Assembly (NCBI GenBank): GCA_038203565.1
Contig: JBBRDV010000050.1
Location: 1 to 10,207, forward strand
Length of the DNA stretch: 10,207 nucleotides
Origin: Atribacterota bacterium
GTDB taxonomy: Bacteria; Atribacterota; Phoenicimicrobiia; Phoenicimicrobiales; Phoenicimicrobiaceae
Reading direction: 5' to 3'
A program made the translations under genes and the position numbers. Position 1 is the stretch's first letter; every line of letters starts with the position of its first letter. The notes beneath the pieces were generated by a model, which ran no database searches, was not told the origin of the DNA, and saw only the letters and a list, made by a program, of their open reading frames with translations. Of this stretch, positions 8,127 through 10,207 are shown one piece after another.

Positions 8127-8543
8127 TTAAACCACTTTCGACAATAATTCTATCAATAAGCTAATATCTTCTTCGTTTAAACAATTTTCCACTCTTCTGA
8201 TAAAATCCTCATCTGCAATCTGTTCTAATCTGGCAATCCCTTTGCCTTTTTCGGTGAGAAACAGATAATAAACTCTTGCATCATGGTTGCATTGTTCTTT
8301 CTTAACGCAATCTAATTTAATAAACTTTTTAACCATTTCGGTGATTGATGGCTTGGATAAATTCAAATCTTCAGCTAATTGACTGATGGTGACATATTCG
8401 CGTTCATCAAATTTCTTTAAGTATTCAATCTGTTTTAAGGTCAGCTGTGAAATATTATATTTATCGATGACACAAAACCTGCACTCTGTCTTAATTCGCA
8501 TAAAACCATTAAATACGCTGAATAAGTTATGATATTCTTTCAA
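8127..8543 (-). CDS. MarR family transcriptional regulator
   Basis: 138 aa; LTLKQIEYL, HTH TISQLAEDLNLSKPSITEMVKKF, wing motif DARVYYLFLTEKG. TTG start with SD GAGGTG (8554-8549). Confidence 0.92.
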   Translation of the reverse strand: MKEYHNLFSVFNGFMRIKTECRFCVIDKYNISQLTLKQIEYLKKFDEREYVTISQLAEDLNLSKPSITEMVKKFIKLDCVKKEQCNHDARVYYLFLTEKGKGIARLEQIADEDFIRRVENCLNEEDISLLIELLSKVV

Positions 8544-8554
8544 AATATCACCTC

Positions 8555-8583
8555 AATAGTTAGTTAGTTCTTACCTAACATTC
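8555..8583. promoter_or_regulatory. Palindromic operator upstream of marR (putative MarR box 2)
   Basis: AATAGTTAGTT-AGTTCTT-ACCTAACATTC. Same left arm, spacer length and ACCTAAC as box 1. Lies between the -10 (overlapping it) and the SD of marR. Confidence 0.7.
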
Positions 8584-8608
8584 TCTCATGATTATTCTTT
8601 TTTGTCAA
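8580..8608 (-). promoter_or_regulatory. Sigma70/sigmaA promoter of marR
   Basis: TTGACA (8608-8603), 17-nt spacer containing TG at the extended -10 position, then GAGAAT (8585-8580; 4/6 match to TATAAT). Confidence 0.55.
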
Positions 8609-8670
8609 TATTCTTATTTATTCTTATTTATGCGCAAAAATCTTTTTTTTATAAAAAGCATTTATAATAG

Positions 8671-8697
8671 TGTGACAGGAGACGTTTTACTAGCTCA
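8671..8697. repeat. Degenerate 27-bp REP-like element, copy 2 (overlaps the glycerate kinase stop codon)
   Basis: TGTGACA-GGAGACGTTTTAC-TAGCTCA. Shares TGTGACAGG.G.CG.T with the reverse complement of 4321-4347 (TGTGACAGGGGGCGGTTG). Confidence 0.4.
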
Positions 8698-9831
8698 ATA
8701 AAAAGCTTCTTTCTTTCTCTCTAAAAATTGTTTTATACTCTTTTTAATCAACCAAACCTTCTTAGACTTGGGTTCAGCTAGACTCATTGGTGGTTCACTA
8801 ATTTTAAGCAAAGTATTAATACCGTATTGGTACACAATATCTGCATCATCACCAATAATTGCAGCCACCGCTATTACCGGGATATTATACTTTTTAGCAA
8901 TTTTGGCTACCCCAATTGGTGCCTTTCCGTAGATAGTCTGACCATCAATTTTCCCTTCACCGGTAATTACCAGATCAGCATCTTTAATAGCTTGTTCGAG
9001 TTTTACTATCTCAATTATAATCTCAATACCTGGTCTAAGTTCTGCATCCAAAAATGCCATTAAACTAGCACCTAAACCCCCGGCTGCTCCTGCCCCTGGT
9101 ATATCTTTTACATCTTTATTTAAATCTCTTTTTATTAATTCTGCAAAATAAGACAGAGATTTATCTAATTCTTCAATTATTTCTGGAGTAGCTCCTTTCT
9201 GAGGTCCATAGATCCTGGAAGCACCCTGCGGTCCACAAAGAGGATTGCTCACATCTGAAGCTATTAATACTTTAGTCTCGGATAAACGGTTATCTAAATA
9301 TTTTGTATCAATTCGGAAAATTTTTTTTAATTCCCCTCCTCCAAAACCTACTTCCTTTCCTTCTTGATTTAGTAATTTGACCCCTAATGCCTGAAGCATA
9401 CCAGCCCCTCCATCGTTGGTGGCACTTCCCCCAATCCCGATAATCATCTTTCTACATCCCTGGTCTAATGCTGCTTTAATTAACTGACCAGTTCCGTAGG
9501 TAGTGGTTATCAATGGATTCCTTTGGTTCTCTGGAACTAAAGTTAATCCTGACGCTTCAGCCATCTCGATAACTGCGGTCTTCTTATCTCCCAAAATACC
9601 GTAAGAAGCTAAAACTTCACCTCCCAAGGGACCTTTAACTTTCTCTCTTAAAATTTCTCCTCCGGTAGCATTTACCAGGCACTGAACTGTTCCATCTCCC
9701 CCATCTGCCATCGGGATTTTTACAATTTCAGCTTCCGGAAAGATCTCTCTTATTCCTTGTTCTATTGCATCTGATACTTCTGCAGCGGTCAAACTACCTT
9801 TAAATGAATCTGGGGCTACAACTATTTTCAT
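8695..9831 (-). CDS. glxK: Glycerate kinase (GlxK/GarK family)
   Basis: MKIVVAPDSFKGSL, PMADGGDGT, IEMAEASGL, GIGGSATNDGGAG, DVSNPLCGPQGA, GAGAAGGLG, ITGEGKIDGQT. SD GAGGT upstream. Confidence 0.95.
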   Translation of the reverse strand: MKIVVAPDSFKGSLTAAEVSDAIEQGIREIFPEAEIVKIPMADGGDGTVQCLVNATGGEILREKVKGPLGGEVLASYGILGDKKTAVIEMAEASGLTLVPENQRNPLITTTYGTGQLIKAALDQGCRKMIIGIGGSATNDGGAGMLQALGVKLLNQEGKEVGFGGGELKKIFRIDTKYLDNRLSETKVLIASDVSNPLCGPQGASRIYGPQKGATPEIIEELDKSLSYFAELIKRDLNKDVKDIPGAGAAGGLGASLMAFLDAELRPGIEIIIEIVKLEQAIKDADLVITGEGKIDGQTIYGKAPIGVAKIAKKYNIPVIAVAAIIGDDADIVYQYGINTLLKISEPPMSLAEPKSKKVWLIKKSIKQFLERKKEAFY

Positions 9832-10036
9832 CGTTTTTTGTACCTCAAATGGGAATTGATTTGTCTTAAATTATTTACTATTATAAATATACGCTATCAT
9901 ATATAACATTTCCTTTGTATAATAGTATGAGTAATATGCTTTTTTCTATTTATTTTTTGTATAGTTTGCATAAAATTTTAAAATATCTTTTAAAATGAAA
10001 TAGTTAATTTGACAATCGAGAATCGTAGTGCTAAAT

Positions 10037-10207
10037 CTAGTATTGATCAGCATAACGCCACCATGCCAAATTGCCACAACGATAAATTTCGATAAAACGA
10101 TGGATGATCGTGGGGTAGGTAACGCAAGTAAATCTTTTACCGTCCGGTCAGAATATTCACGACCAAAAACCCAGCTTGTGACAAATGCAAATCCTATTAA
10201 TCCCACC
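10037..10207 (-). pseudogene. ABC-2-type permease (BcrB/lantibiotic-immunity-like), entering from the right edge, with an internal deletion
   Basis: GLIGFAFVTSWVFGREYSDRTVKDLLALPTPRSSIVLSKFIVVAIW contains the E...RT...LL.LP..R......K permease motif. It then switches abruptly; another frame reads LAWWRYADQY* (10069-10037), typical of this family's C-terminus. The ORF-track tail to 9946 is read-through. Confidence 0.8.

Noticed and set aside
8076..8583. The twin boxes as CRISPR repeats or mobile-element ends
   Set aside because: Only two copies, 477 bp apart, each positioned like an operator; no cas, transposase or recombinase gene nearby.
8827..9063. 78-aa plus-strand ORF
   Set aside because: Antisense to glycerate kinase.
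9946..10065. C-terminal 39 aa of the ORF-track permease as a real domain
   Set aside because: Out-of-frame read-through into intergenic DNA after the deletion; the original stop is at 10039-10037.

Overview
AT-rich (roughly 35% GC by eye) bacterial chromosomal segment with Firmicutes-like Shine-Dalgarno and sigma70/sigmaA signals. Intact genes: mutY, a nitroreductase, a flavodoxin, a PAP2 membrane phosphatase, a Lon (LonA) protease, a Cys-rich MarR regulator and a glycerate kinase. Reading outside the supplied ORF track shows heavy gene decay. proB has a nonsense codon at a conserved Gln and is joined by a deletion to the 5' end of proA. The bcp peroxiredoxin is frameshifted just after its catalytic Cys. 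A 16-codon threonine-dehydratase-like start is joined out of frame to the C-terminal half of ridA. A BcrB-like ABC permease has an internal deletion that leaves its true C-terminus (AWWRYADQY*) out of frame. The best candidate for an undescribed system is a marR-lon module: the same palindromic box (AATAGTTAGKT-N7-ACCTAAC) lies upstream of both marR and lon. Also noted: two degenerate 27-bp REP-like elements, a T-box-terminator-like hairpin before proB, and about 5-fold enrichment of CCGG. No rRNA, tRNA, CRISPR array or transposase was seen.
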